Source of the DNA: Bacillales bacterium UBA3620
GTDB taxonomy: Bacteria; Bacillota_I; Bacilli_A; RF39; UBA660
Length of the DNA: 55,545 bases
Assembly (NCBI GenBank): GCA_002375205.1
Contig: DFLL01000015.1
Coordinates: forward strand, 1 to 55,545
Direction: 5' to 3'
Shown: positions 42,247-52,782 of the stretch, piece after piece
How positions within the stretch are numbered: the stretch's first letter is position 1
Layout: each line of letters opens with the position of its first letter
Made by a program: the position numbers and the translations under genes
Notes under the pieces: generated by a model
Seen by the model: the letters and a program-made list of their open reading frames with translations, nothing else
What the model was told of the DNA's origin: nothing
Database searches by the model: none

Positions 42247-42453
42247 TTACATACCTTTTTTTATATTAGAAAGTATTTTTTCTTTTTCTTCTTCAGTACT
42301 ATTATTCCATGCTAATTCAAATAGTACTCCTAGTCCTATTAGGGTATCATCATCATGAGTTGATATTGATTCTTCAATAGAAGATTTTATTTGTTCTTCA
42401 GTATCTTCTTTGAAATTATTTATGATATACTTTCTTACATCGATATTATTCAT
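42247..42453 (-). CDS. sspI: small acid-soluble spore protein SspI
   Basis: IDVRKYIINN, I..SI...DD.TL.GLGVLFELAW. Confidence 0.88.
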   Translation of the reverse strand: MNNIDVRKYIINNFKEDTEEQIKSSIEESISTHDDDTLIGLGVLFELAWNNSTEEEKEKILSNIKKGM

Positions 42454-42541
42454 TTTTATCACCATTATTATAATGGAATTATTTTACTTTTTTATACTTG
42501 ATAATAAGTACTTTGTATGTTATTCTAATCTTGGTGATGTT

Positions 42542-43618
42542 ATGTCGATATATATTCATATTCCTTTTTGCACTAGTATTTGTACTTATTGTGATTTTTG
42601 TAAGATTATTTATAATGAAAAATATATTAGTAACTATTTAGATATGTTAGAGAAAGAAATAAGAGAAAGATATAAAGGTGAAAAAGTTAAAACTATCTTT
42701 ATAGGGGGAGGAACTCCGACTAGTTTAAGTTTAGATGAATTAAAGAGATTATTTGATATTATTAAGATATTTAATGTTGAAGATATAATTGAATATACGA
42801 TAGAAAGTAATGTTGAATCTATTGATGAAGATAAACTTATATTAATGAAAGAATATGGTATTAATAGAATTAGTATAGGAGTAGAGTCTTTTGATAATAA
42901 TACTTTAAAAGTACTTGGAAGAAGTCATAATAAAGAAGATATTTTTAATAAAATAGAATTAGTTAAGAAGTATTTTGATAATATTAATATTGATTTAATA
43001 TATGCTGCTTATAATGATATTAATATATTAAAAAGGGATATAGATTATTTTCTTAAATTAGATATTCCGCATATATCTACTTATAGTTTAATTATTGAAG
43101 ATAATACAATGCTTAAAATAAATGGTACTAAAAATATTAATGAAGACTTAGATTATGAAATGTATAAATATATTGAAAAGACTTTAGAAGATAATAATTA
43201 TAAACATTATGAAATTAGTAATTATGCTAAAGAAGGTTATGAATCTAAACATAACCTAGTATATTGGAATAATGATTATTATTATGGATTTGGACTTTCT
43301 AGTACTAGTTATATTGATAATATAAGAAGTGTTAATACGAAGAATTTAACTAAGTATTTAAATGGTAATTATAAAGGTACTGAGGAAAAAGAAGATATTA
43401 ATACTAGAATGGAAAATGAGATTATGCTTGGTTTTAGAAAACTAGATGGTATTAATATAGGTAAGTTTAGGGATAGATATGGTAAAGATGTTGAAGATGT
43501 ATTTGATATTGATGATTTAGTTAGAGATAATTATTTAATTAAAGAAGATAATTATCTTAGAATTAATAAGGAATATATGTATATATCTAATGAGATTATA
43601 AGTAGGATATTTAATTGA
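42542..43618 (+). CDS. hemW: radical SAM heme chaperone HemW
   Basis: YIHIPFC...CTYCDF, GGGTPT, NRISIGV, HYEISNY, HNLVYW. Confidence 0.92.
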   Translation: MSIYIHIPFCTSICTYCDFCKIIYNEKYISNYLDMLEKEIRERYKGEKVKTIFIGGGTPTSLSLDELKRLFDIIKIFNVEDIIEYTIESNVESIDEDKLILMKEYGINRISIGVESFDNNTLKVLGRSHNKEDIFNKIELVKKYFDNINIDLIYAAYNDINILKRDIDYFLKLDIPHISTYSLIIEDNTMLKINGTKNINEDLDYEMYKYIEKTLEDNNYKHYEISNYAKEGYESKHNLVYWNNDYYYGFGLSSTSYIDNIRSVNTKNLTKYLNGNYKGTEEKEDINTRMENEIMLGFRKLDGINIGKFRDRYGKDVEDVFDIDDLVRDNYLIKEDNYLRINKEYMYISNEIISRIFN

Positions 43619-43643
43619 CATAATATATTAAATATTTTATAAT
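43615..43643 (+). promoter_or_regulatory. consensus sigma-A promoter of mscS
   Basis: TTGACA-17-TATAAT. Confidence 0.75.
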
Positions 43644-43666
43644 TAGAATGAAAGAAGGAAGTAGTT

Positions 43667-44467
43667 ATGGAGAAAATTATAAAGTTTATTACTAATGAAA
43701 AGGTATATATGCCAGTTGTTTATATTTTAATAGGAGTTATTATATATAGTTTACTTAGTAAAGTTATAGATAAGTTATTATCTAGACATAGTGGTAAGAG
43801 TTATAAGGATAAAAGAAAGGGTACGATTATTAATTTACTTAGAAGTGTAGTTAAGTATATAGTACTTATATTTATAGTACTTGGTATTCTTAAATTATAC
43901 GGAGTAGATACTACTAGTATTATAGCATCACTTGGTGTATTTGCTGCGGTTATTGGTCTTGCTTTTCAAGATATTTTAAAAGATTTACTCGCAGGTATTT
44001 CTATTATTTTTGATAATAAATATGCTGTTGGAGATGTTGTTGAAATTAATGGGTTTAAGGGTACAGTTATTGAACTAGGACTTAGGACTACTAAAATAAA
44101 GGCTTTTTCGGGAGAAATTAAATGTATTGGTAATTCTTCATTTAGTGAAGTTACTAATTATAATATGGCTAATGCTGATTTATTTCTTAAACTAAATGTA
44201 GCATATGATACGGATATTAATAAATTAGAAAAAGTACTCGATGGATTAAAAGAAGATATTATGGAAATAGAAAATGTACTTGATTATCAATTACTTGGAT
44301 TAGATGAATTTAGTGATTCTTCAATTGTATATATGGTTGATATTAGTTGTAAGGCTATGACTACTTTAGGTATAAAGAGAAAAGTACTTAGACTAGTTAA
44401 AGATGCTTTTGATAAAGAAGGCATAAGTATTCCTTATACTACTGTTGATGTTAATATTAGAAAGTAG
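43667..44467 (+). CDS. mscS: small-conductance mechanosensitive channel
   Basis: IGLAFQD...D..AG, VGDVVEI, GTVIELGLRTTKI, GISIPY. Confidence 0.93.
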   Translation: MEKIIKFITNEKVYMPVVYILIGVIIYSLLSKVIDKLLSRHSGKSYKDKRKGTIINLLRSVVKYIVLIFIVLGILKLYGVDTTSIIASLGVFAAVIGLAFQDILKDLLAGISIIFDNKYAVGDVVEINGFKGTVIELGLRTTKIKAFSGEIKCIGNSSFSEVTNYNMANADLFLKLNVAYDTDINKLEKVLDGLKEDIMEIENVLDYQLLGLDEFSDSSIVYMVDISCKAMTTLGIKRKVLRLVKDAFDKEGISIPYTTVDVNIRK

Positions 44468-44473
44468 GTATAT

Positions 44474-45049
44474 ATGGAGAAAATAGATTATTTTAATAGG
44501 GAATATAATTATATTAAAGATGATAAGATAAGAGAAGATTTAAAATATTTAGTTAGTAATTTACCAGATTATTTCTTCGAAATAGAAACTTCTTCTACGG
44601 GTAAATATCATCCGAAGTTTGCTTCTGGTTCTCATGGACTTGTTAGACATACTAAGGTAGCAGTACGTATTGCTTATGAGTTAATGAATAATCCAGCATT
44701 AAATAATTTTACTAATAGAGAAAAGGATTTAATAATACTTGCTCTTACTTTACATGATGGATTAAAATGTGGTAATCCTAAAGAAAGATATACAAGAGTT
44801 GATCATCCATTACTTGCTTCTTCTTTTATAAAAGAACATAAGGATAAGTTATCACTTGGTGATGAAGATATTGATTTTGTTACTAGTGTTATTAGTACAC
44901 ATATGGGTAATTGGAATACGGATTATAATGGTAATGAAGTGCTTCCTAAACCTAAAAATAAGTATCAAAGATTTGTTCATATGTGTGATTTCCTAGCTAG
45001 TAGGAAAGTTATTAATGTAGAATTTAATGGTATAGAAATAATAGAGTAG
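44474..45049 (+). CDS. HD domain phosphohydrolase
   Basis: SSTGKYHP, GLVRHT, LHDGLK, HMG.W, HMCDFLASRK. Confidence 0.88.
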   Translation: MEKIDYFNREYNYIKDDKIREDLKYLVSNLPDYFFEIETSSTGKYHPKFASGSHGLVRHTKVAVRIAYELMNNPALNNFTNREKDLIILALTLHDGLKCGNPKERYTRVDHPLLASSFIKEHKDKLSLGDEDIDFVTSVISTHMGNWNTDYNGNEVLPKPKNKYQRFVHMCDFLASRKVINVEFNGIEIIE

Positions 45050-45085
45050 ACTTCTAATAGAAGTCTGTTTTTAATATATTTTAGT

Positions 45086-45235
45086 ATGAGAAAAAGAGTA
45101 TTTATTCTTCCTTTTTTAATTATATCTTTAATGATACTTTTAATTGATATGAAGGATAATTATATAGTAAGAGATATTATATTGGTTATTAGCATCTTTT
45201 TATTTATTATTATTATATATGAAATACTTAGATAA
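45086..45235 (+). CDS. small two-TM membrane protein (49 aa, not in ORF track)
   Basis: MRKRVFILPFLIISLMILLIDMKDNYIVRDIILVISIFLFIIIIYEILR; no SD sequence. Confidence 0.45.
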   Translation: MRKRVFILPFLIISLMILLIDMKDNYIVRDIILVISIFLFIIIIYEILR

Positions 45236-45250
45236 AATACATATAGATGT

Positions 45251-45279
45251 TTGACATTTTAATATAAATAGTGTATTAT
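45251..45279 (+). promoter_or_regulatory. sigma-A-type promoter
   Basis: TTGACA-17-TATTAT. Confidence 0.65.
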
Positions 45280-45305
45280 ATGTACTTGTATTTGGGGTGA
45301 ATTAA

Positions 45306-46772
45306 ATGGATTGGTTAAAAATGACTAGTTTTGGCACTGTTAGATTAGGATGCAATAATGATGCTGAGATGCTCTTAGAAGACTTTGTTAAAAAATTAGA
45401 GAAGAAAACTAAGAAGAAAACTAAAAGTAAAAAGTATGTTGTTAAGTGGAATGACAACTCTCTTTTTTCTTTACTTTATGTTAAATATAAAGGTAAGGTG
45501 TATTATTTTAATTTTAGTAATAGACCTTGCTTTGATAATTGTTTAGACAAGAAAAAATATAATGAGGCTATAGCTCGGTTAATTAATTTAGCTAATATTA
45601 GTCGTAATATAGAGAAGGAGAAAAAAAGAAAGGCAAAAATAAAAGAAAAGCAAGCAGAAATAATAGAAGACGCAGAAAAAGGAATATTTTCTGATGATAG
45701 AGCTCGTACTATTTATTTAGATGAATTAAAAAATAGAGAGACTTTACTTAATGCATTCAAATACACTTTCAAAGAATTGGTGTGTGGTGGAAATTTCAAG
45801 GGCTATCTTTGCCGGGAATTTTTCTCAAGTGGATTATGTGGAGTGGTTGGAGGTCTTTTTGGGCATTTTTTTGCAAAGGGATTTTTAGCTGGTGGAAAAA
45901 TAGGCGCGCTTGTTGGATTATTGTCTGGTCCAGTAATTGCTATTTGTGATACACTTTGGAATTATAGAGATGAAAAGAAAATTACTAAACATAAAATAAG
46001 AGAATTAGAAAAATCATTAAATATTGATAAGTCTAAATCAAATAAAAAGGTTAAGAAAAAAAATAAACATAAGAATAAAAATGTTGTAATTAACAATAAC
46101 GAAGTGCAAGAATCGATAAAATCATATCTATATAATTTTAAAGATACAATATATCATAAGGTTAGCGGTCTACTGGATAAGATTGATAGTTTAAAAAATA
46201 ATGATAAAGTTAGAACTCAGCGTAAAACTAAAACTCACGGTAAAAATAAAGTTCAAACTAAAACTATTCCTAGTATTTCTATAAATTTTGGAGAGCAAGT
46301 CAAATCATATCCATATAATTTTAAAGATACAATATATCAAAGGGCTAGTGGTCTACTGGATAAGATTGATAGTTTAAATAATGATGTTGAAAAAATAGAA
46401 TTAAAGGGTAAAATTAGCGGTATATTACAAGAGTATAGAACTGGTTTAACATTAGAACAAAATGTTGGCCCTGTTGAACTATCAGTTTCTAAATGTAAGA
46501 GTATTCCGGATCTTAAATCTGAGATTAGAAATAAATTAGGGACTAGACTTGGTAGCAAATTAGATAACATTGATACTTATATAAATGAAATGTTAGAGAA
46601 ACAAATTACTGAATCGGAAAGAGAAAAAGAAAGACTTCTTCTTGAAGAAAGGCTTGGACCAGTAGTAATAGATAGTGAAGAGATAGATGGTACTTTAAGG
46701 GAAAGAGCAGAGAATAAAGTACCTGTGAGAGGAAGAAAAAAAGAATTATCTAGAGTAAATAATGGATACTAG
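45306..46772 (+). CDS. hypothetical Lys-rich protein with glycine-zipper hairpin and internal duplication
   Basis: 488 aa ORF with its own promoter and RBS ggggtga. Confidence 0.75.
   Translation: MDWLKMTSFGTVRLGCNNDAEMLLEDFVKKLEKKTKKKTKSKKYVVKWNDNSLFSLLYVKYKGKVYYFNFSNRPCFDNCLDKKKYNEAIARLINLANISRNIEKEKKRKAKIKEKQAEIIEDAEKGIFSDDRARTIYLDELKNRETLLNAFKYTFKELVCGGNFKGYLCREFFSSGLCGVVGGLFGHFFAKGFLAGGKIGALVGLLSGPVIAICDTLWNYRDEKKITKHKIRELEKSLNIDKSKSNKKVKKKNKHKNKNVVINNNEVQESIKSYLYNFKDTIYHKVSGLLDKIDSLKNNDKVRTQRKTKTHGKNKVQTKTIPSISINFGEQVKSYPYNFKDTIYQRASGLLDKIDSLNNDVEKIELKGKISGILQEYRTGLTLEQNVGPVELSVSKCKSIPDLKSEIRNKLGTRLGSKLDNIDTYINEMLEKQITESEREKERLLLEERLGPVVIDSEEIDGTLRERAENKVPVRGRKKELSRVNNGY
46119..46378 (+). 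repeat. direct repeat, two ~77-bp copies 183 bp apart
   Basis: 46119-46195 and 46302-46378 encode KSYxYNFKDTIYxxxSGLLDKIDSL. Confidence 0.92.
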
Positions 46773-46791
46773 ATTCTTTTAGTAAAGGGTA

Positions 46792-46819
46792 ATGGAGGAT
46801 TAACTTGTTAATCCGGGTA
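46792..46819 (+). repeat. REP-like hairpin repeat, copy 1
   Basis: atggaggattaacttgttaatccgggta, identical to 52679-52706. Confidence 0.85.
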
Positions 46820-46950
46820 AGCGAAGCGTTAATTTTAATATAAAGTGGTATTAAATACTGCTTTTTATTATGGATAGAGTTAACTTTTGCTTTACAAAGA
46901 AAAGTATTTGTTATATAATTATATTGGTTTTTTGTAAGGAGATGGGTTTT

Positions 46951-48684
46951 ATGGCTTATATCAGTAATGAAGTTATTAATGAAATAAGAAATAAAACAGA
47001 TATAGTAGATGTAGTATCTAAATATGTTAATCTTACAAAAAGAGGAAAGAATTATATAGGAGTATGTCCATTTCATGATGATCATTCTCCTAGTATGAGT
47101 GTTAGTCCAGAAAAACAGATATTTACTTGTTTTTCATGTGGAGCTAGTGGTAATGTGTTTACTTTTGTATCTGACTTTGAAAAGATATCTTTTATGGATG
47201 CAGTTAAATTACTAGGAGATAAAGTTGGCATTAATATTGGTAGTAATATTATTACTAAAAAAGAAAAAGATGATTATATAGATATATATAATCTAACTAG
47301 TAAGTTTTATCAAAATAGTTTATTTACTAATTTAGGTAAGAATGCTATAGAGTATTTAGAAAAGAGAAAGATAGATAAAGAAACGATTAAGAAATTTGGT
47401 ATTGGTCTTTCTATTCAGAAAGTATCTCTTACTGATTATCTTAAGAGTAAGAAATATAATGTAGATAAGCTTATTGATATTGGTCTTACTAATGAGAATG
47501 GTAATGATATATTTATTAATAGAATTATGTTTCCAATACATGATTTAAGTGGTAATGTAGTTGCTTTTTCAGGTAGAATATATAATACGAAAGATAATTC
47601 TAAGTATATTAATACTAAAGAGACCGATAAGTTTAAGAAGGGTAAAATATTATATAATTATCATATTGCTAGAGAATACTTAAAGAAAAATGATAGTGTT
47701 ATATTAATGGAAGGTCAGATGGATGTTATAAGAAGTTCAACAGTAGGTATTAATAATTGCATTGCTACGATGGGAACGGCTTTAACGAAAGATCACAGAA
47801 GTATTCTAAAGAATATGACGGATAATATTATTCTTTGTTTTGATGGAGATGCTGCGGGTGAAAAAGCTACGAATGCAGCGATAGAGATCTTGGAAGATAC
47901 AGGTATTAATATTAGAGTGGTGAGACTACCTAATAATATGGATCCTGATGAGTATATATTAAAAGAGGGAGCTGATTCTTTTAAAGAACAAATTAAGAAT
48001 GCTATATCTTTAGTAGATTATAAGATGGAGATTCTTAAGAAGAATAAGAATTTAAATGATATTAAGGATATATCATCATACTTAAATAGTGCTGTTAAAG
48101 AACTTGTTAATATTAATGATGATATAGCGGTAGAACTTAATTTAAAGAAATTATCTACGAACTATAATGTAGATTATAATACTTTAAGAAGTAAGTATGA
48201 TAATTTAAGAAGTAAAAAGAAAGAAGTAGTAAGTGAGATTAAACCTAAGAAGGTATATGATAAATATGGTAAAGCCCAGACTAGTCTTATTTATTATATG
48301 CTTAAGAGTAATACTGTTATTAATATGGTTGAAAAGAGAGTAGGATATTTTCCTGATAAAAATATTAGGGAATTATCTAATGAAATTATTTACTATTTTC
48401 ATAAATATGGTATAATAAATGTCGCTGATTTTATTAGTTATATTGCAGATAGAGATGAAATACTTCATACTTTAAAAGAAATTATTGTGATGGATAAAGA
48501 GGAAGATTTTAAATTAGAAGAGATTGAGGATTATATTTTTGTGGTAAATGAGTATCATAAAGAAGTAAGGATAAATGATCTTAAGATGAAATTAAAAGAA
48601 GAGAAAGATCCTCTTAAACAAGCAAAAATATCTTTAGAGATTATGAATTTAAGAAAAGGAGTAAGAAATGGTACCAGAGATTAA
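46951..48684 (+). CDS. dnaG: DNA primase
   Basis: CPFH..HSPS...CFSC zinc finger, RIMFPI, KYINT, EGQMDV, CFDGD.AG, DPDE. Confidence 0.97.
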   Translation: MAYISNEVINEIRNKTDIVDVVSKYVNLTKRGKNYIGVCPFHDDHSPSMSVSPEKQIFTCFSCGASGNVFTFVSDFEKISFMDAVKLLGDKVGINIGSNIITKKEKDDYIDIYNLTSKFYQNSLFTNLGKNAIEYLEKRKIDKETIKKFGIGLSIQKVSLTDYLKSKKYNVDKLIDIGLTNENGNDIFINRIMFPIHDLSGNVVAFSGRIYNTKDNSKYINTKETDKFKKGKILYNYHIAREYLKKNDSVILMEGQMDVIRSSTVGINNCIATMGTALTKDHRSILKNMTDNIILCFDGDAAGEKATNAAIEILEDTGINIRVVRLPNNMDPDEYILKEGADSFKEQIKNAISLVDYKMEILKKNKNLNDIKDISSYLNSAVKELVNINDDIAVELNLKKLSTNYNVDYNTLRSKYDNLRSKKKEVVSEIKPKKVYDKYGKAQTSLIYYMLKSNTVINMVEKRVGYFPDKNIRELSNEIIYYFHKYGIINVADFISYIADRDEILHTLKEIIVMDKEEDFKLEEIEDYIFVVNEYHKEVRINDLKMKLKEEKDPLKQAKISLEIMNLRKGVRNGTRD

Positions 48685-49768
48685 AGATTTTGAGGCTAGA
48701 AAAGAAGCTTTGATTAAAAAAGGAAAAGAACTAGGATTTATTACTTATGAGGAGTTAGCGGAAGAACTTAAAGGTTTAGAAGTTAGTAGTGACCTACTTG
48801 ATGACTTATATAATGCCTTAATGGAAAATGATATTAGTGTAGTATCAGAGTCTGATTTAGATGATGCTAGTGATGATGAAGATGCTGGTGGTAATTTAGA
48901 GGATATTTTAAAAGATGATAATATTGCTAAAGAACTTACGATTAATGATCCTGTAAGAATGTACTTAAAAGAGATTGGTAAGATTAGTTTATTATCTTTG
49001 GATGAAGAGACTAAATTATCAGAAAGAATTGCAAGTGGTGATGAAGAAGCCAAAAATATATTAGCAGAGTCCAATCTTCGTCTTGTTGTATCTATTGCTA
49101 AGAGATATGTTGGTAGAGGAATGTTATTCTTAGATTTAATTCAAGAAGGTAATATTGGTCTTATGAAGGCAGTGGAAAAGTTTGATGCTAATAAGGGTTA
49201 TAAATTTTCTACTTATGCTACTTGGTGGATTAGACAAGCTATAACAAGAGCAATAGCGGATCAAGCTAGAACAATAAGAGTTCCTGTTCATATGGTTGAA
49301 ACAATTAATAAATTATCAAGATTTCAAAGACAACTTACTCTTGAACTTAATAGAGAACCTACAGATGAAGAACTTGCTAAGAAAATGGGAATGAGCCCTG
49401 AGAAGGTTAGGGAAGTTATTAAGATAGCTCAAGATCCAGTATCTTTAGAGACTCCTATTGGTGAAGAAGATGATTCGCATTTAGGTGATTTCGTTCCAGA
49501 TGAAAGTAATATGTCTCCGGAAGACTTTACGATTCATGAAATGCTTAAAGAAGAAATATCTGATGTACTTCTTACTTTAACTGAAAGAGAAGAACAAGTA
49601 CTTAGACTTAGATTTGGTCTTGATGATGGTTGCTGCAAAACATTAGAGGAAGTTGGTCAGATGTTTGGAGTAACTCGTGAGAGAATTAGACAGATTGAGG
49701 CTAAAGCTCTTAGAAAGTTAAGGCATCCTTCTCGTAGTAGAAAATTAAAGGATTTTTTAAATGAATAA
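48668..49768 (+). CDS. sigA: RNA polymerase primary sigma factor
   Basis: [71 protein letters not shown]. Confidence 0.98.
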   Translation: MVPEIKDFEARKEALIKKGKELGFITYEELAEELKGLEVSSDLLDDLYNALMENDISVVSESDLDDASDDEDAGGNLEDILKDDNIAKELTINDPVRMYLKEIGKISLLSLDEETKLSERIASGDEEAKNILAESNLRLVVSIAKRYVGRGMLFLDLIQEGNIGLMKAVEKFDANKGYKFSTYATWWIRQAITRAIADQARTIRVPVHMVETINKLSRFQRQLTLELNREPTDEELAKKMGMSPEKVREVIKIAQDPVSLETPIGEEDDSHLGDFVPDESNMSPEDFTIHEMLKEEISDVLLTLTEREEQVLRLRFGLDDGCCKTLEEVGQMFGVTRERIRQIEAKALRKLRHPSRSRKLKDFLNE

Positions 49769-50429
49769 GTTATCTAAAAGATTAGAAGTAGTAGCTTCTT
49801 ATATAAATGATAATTCTAAAATAATAGATATAGGCTGTGATCACGGCCTTTTATCTATTTATTTGGCTAAGAAATATAATAATATTAAGATCATTGCTAG
49901 TGATGTTAATAAAAATGCCCTTGGTACCGCTATTAAGAATATAAGGAAAGAACATTTAGAAGATAGAATAGAGACTAGACTTGGTAGGGGACTAGATGTA
50001 GTAACTCCTGAGGAAATTGATACGATAGTTATTGCAGGTATGGGAGCTAATACGATAGTGGGTATTCTTAAATATAGTACTGATAAACTTATTAATGTTA
50101 AAAATATTATTATACAAAGTAATACAGATTTATATTTTTTAAGAAAGGATGTTACTAAGTTAGGTTATTATATTGAAGATGAATCTTTAGTAGAGGACGC
50201 TAATATTATTTATACGGTTATTAAGTTTAGTAAAGGTAAAAAGAGATATAATTATAAAGAGTTATATCTTGGACCAATACTTATAAAAAAGAATGATAGT
50301 TTATTTAAAAAGAAATGTGATAAAGAGATTAAAACTATTACGATGATATTATCTAGAATAGAAAAGGGTCACTTATTATATAAACTTAAACTTAAAAAAA
50401 ATTTAAGAGTATTAAAAAATAGAAGTTAA
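49761..50429 (+). CDS. trmK: tRNA (adenine(22)-N1)-methyltransferase
   Basis: LSKRL, DIGCDHG, IAGMG, IIQSN; synteny after sigA. Confidence 0.92.
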   Translation: MNKLSKRLEVVASYINDNSKIIDIGCDHGLLSIYLAKKYNNIKIIASDVNKNALGTAIKNIRKEHLEDRIETRLGRGLDVVTPEEIDTIVIAGMGANTIVGILKYSTDKLINVKNIIIQSNTDLYFLRKDVTKLGYYIEDESLVEDANIIYTVIKFSKGKKRYNYKELYLGPILIKKNDSLFKKKCDKEIKTITMILSRIEKGHLLYKLKLKKNLRVLKNRS

Positions 50430-50435
50430 ATGCTT

Positions 50436-50879
50436 CTATTCTTTTTCTTTTGTTTCTTCTTTTTTAGGTTTTACTTCTGATTTCATTTTACTATTTATTT
50501 CGGTAGTGTTCTTGCAGATAGTAAGTAGTACTAATGAAAATTCAAAGGTAATTCTTGCTATTAGATTACCAAATACTAACATAGCTAAGAATCCTACGAA
50601 ACTATTAGATATTAATGCAAATGAAGATAGTGTGATATAGATAGCTACGATAATATATAGTACTCTAAGTAATGATTCTAACATCATTTTTTTAAATGTT
50701 ACAAAATCGTATAACCATTTCATGAAACCTTTAAATTTGTTTTCATTAGATTTAGCAAATACTGTAAAGTATAATGCTATACCTCCAATAATAGCTAATA
50801 CTACTGATATAATTATCCAAATCATAGCTCCATTTGGTGAACTATTGTAACCATAACTATAAAGATTACTTCCTAACAT
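50436..50879 (-). CDS. hypothetical membrane protein (three TMs)
   Basis: RBS aaggagg on minus strand; 'LYDFVTFKKM', 'ARITFE'. Confidence 0.75.
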   Translation of the reverse strand: MLGSNLYSYGYNSSPNGAMIWIIISVVLAIIGGIALYFTVFAKSNENKFKGFMKWLYDFVTFKKMMLESLLRVLYIIVAIYITLSSFALISNSFVGFLAMLVFGNLIARITFEFSLVLLTICKNTTEINSKMKSEVKPKKEETKEKE

Positions 50880-50981
50880 TTTTTACTCCTCCTTTATTTA
50901 AGTATATCATAAAATTATTATAATTAGTATTAATTATTCATATTTTTTTTATTTGTTCATATATTTAGATAGAAAGGACGA

Positions 50982-51707
50982 GTGACGATGAAGCAAATTA
51001 TTTCATTTAAAAAGGAATTGCCATTTAAGACTAAGGTTAGTGATATTACATCTATTTCTTTAGAAAGGGATATTAATGTAGAAGATGATGGTATTGTTAC
51101 TGGTATGTTTCATATAACAGGAGATTATAAAATGAATGAAGGTTCAATTAATAGGGAAGCGTTTTCTTTTGAATTACCTTTTGATATTACTTTAGATCCG
51201 AGATATGATACAAAGACAGTTAAAGCTGATATTGAAGACTTTTATTATGATATTATGAATAATGATACTTTAAAGGTTAATATTGATTTATTTATTGAAG
51301 CAGAATACTTACCAGAACCTATTAAGGAGGATATAAAAGAGATAGAAGAAATATCGGAAGTTAGAGAAAAACCAGAGATAGTTGATATTTTATCTGTGAG
51401 TGATAAAGAAAATAATAAAGAAGCAGAGAAAGAAATTAGAAATGAACCTCAATTTGATGAAGTTACAGTAGAAGAACTTCCTAGAGAAGAAGATGATGGA
51501 GATGAGATTGGTACTGATTTGTTTTCTAATTTAGATGATACTGAGACTTATGTTACTTATTATGTTTATATTGTTAAAGAAGATGATAATATTGATAAGA
51601 TATTAAATAAGTATGGTATTACTAAAGAAGAGTTAGAGGATTATAATGATATAACGAATATTAAAGTAGGAGATAAATTAATTATTCCTAAATGTAATGA
51701 AAAATGA
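50982..51707 (+). CDS. SpoVID-like spore coat morphogenetic protein with C-terminal LysM
   Basis: N-terminal 'ITGDY...PFDITL...IEDFYY' domain, acidic linker, LysM 'YIVKEDD.IDKI..KYG...VGDKLIIP'; followed by ysxE-like gene. Confidence 0.8.
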   Translation: MTMKQIISFKKELPFKTKVSDITSISLERDINVEDDGIVTGMFHITGDYKMNEGSINREAFSFELPFDITLDPRYDTKTVKADIEDFYYDIMNNDTLKVNIDLFIEAEYLPEPIKEDIKEIEEISEVREKPEIVDILSVSDKENNKEAEKEIRNEPQFDEVTVEELPREEDDGDEIGTDLFSNLDDTETYVTYYVYIVKEDDNIDKILNKYGITKEELEDYNDITNIKVGDKLIIPKCNEK

Positions 51708-52572
51708 CTTAAGAGAAGTACTTGATAAATATAATATTAATTCTTCTAAAATTACTATTAGGGGTAATACAAGAATTATTGATGATAGATTAGTATTTAA
51801 ACCAAGAGTTAATAATGATATATTGAAGACATATGATTATTTAAAATCGAGGGCATTTGATTATTTCCCTTATCCAATAGAAATTAATAAGTCTTTTGAA
51901 ATTTATCCTTTTATTGAAGATATTCATGAACCGGTAGAGCAAAAAGCTCTGGATTTAATGTATTTGATTAGTTTACTTCATAGTAAGACAACTTTTTATA
52001 AAGAGATTGATATTGATAGGATTAAAGAAATATATGAAAGTATGATAGAGAAAACTAATTATCTAGATAATTATTATAATAATATTATTGACAATATTGA
52101 AAGAGAAGTATATATGTCTCCATCTTCGTATTTAATTGCTAGAAATATTAATATTATATTTAGTAGTATTTATTATGTTAAAGATAGTATTGAAAAATGG
52201 TATAAATTAGTTCAAGATAATAAGAATATGAGAAATGTGTTTATTCATGGTAATATTAATTTAAATCACTATCTTAAGAGTGATAAGCCATATTTAATTA
52301 GTTTTAATAAATCAAGAATTGATAGTCCAATATTTGATTTGTTATCTTTTTATAAGAGTCATTATTTAAATATTGATTTTAATGATTTGTTTAAATATTA
52401 TGAGATTAAGTATCCTCTAAAAGAAGAAGAAAGATTACTTTTATTTTGTTATATGGCTATTCCTCCTATTATTGAGGATAGTGGTAATGAATATAATATG
52501 TGTATTAAGATTAATAAGATAATAGATTATTTGTATAAAACTAGTAATTTGATTATGAACTATCAGAAATGA
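51697..52572 (+). CDS. YsxE/CotS-like spore coat kinase-fold protein
   Basis: LHSKT, YMSP, FIHGN..LNH, ISF, SPIFDL; synteny with spoVID-like gene. Confidence 0.78.
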   Translation: MKNDLREVLDKYNINSSKITIRGNTRIIDDRLVFKPRVNNDILKTYDYLKSRAFDYFPYPIEINKSFEIYPFIEDIHEPVEQKALDLMYLISLLHSKTTFYKEIDIDRIKEIYESMIEKTNYLDNYYNNIIDNIEREVYMSPSSYLIARNINIIFSSIYYVKDSIEKWYKLVQDNKNMRNVFIHGNINLNHYLKSDKPYLISFNKSRIDSPIFDLLSFYKSHYLNIDFNDLFKYYEIKYPLKEEERLLLFCYMAIPPIIEDSGNEYNMCIKINKIIDYLYKTSNLIMNYQK

Positions 52573-52678
52573 TGGTTCTTTTTGTATGATTATAATACTT
52601 TATTTATAGTAGAATAAGTGATAAACATGTTATGAAGAAGAAACTTACTGTGCATAAATAAATTATGGGTATTTGGTT

Positions 52679-52706
52679 ATGGAGGATTAACTTGTTAATC
52701 CGGGTA
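52679..52706 (+). repeat. REP-like hairpin repeat, copy 2
   Basis: identical 28-mer to copy 1. Confidence 0.85.
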
Positions 52707-52782
52707 GCGATAGCGTAATAATATAATAACTCTTTACTTCTTTTTTTTTAATTGATATAATTAGTAAGAAAAGAGGTATACT

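Noticed and set aside
42410-42541. Long N-terminal extensions in the ORF track for hemW (also dnaG, holA, ssb, rhodanese)
   Set aside because: Downstream ATGs with SD-like sequences match family N-termini; the extensions overlap neighbouring genes or promoters.
10435-49074. Short alternative-frame and antisense ORFs nested in long genes (e.g. 11773-12069, 23502-23879, 24293-24625, 27612-27917, 30270-30635, 46750-47085, 48745-49074)
   Set aside because: Shadow ORFs produced by codon bias of the real genes; no RBS or recognisable motifs.
46792-52706. Identical 28-bp repeats as att sites or CRISPR repeats
   Set aside because: They enclose essential dnaG-sigA-trmK, are ~5.9 kb apart with no spacers or cas genes, and a third inverted copy exists.
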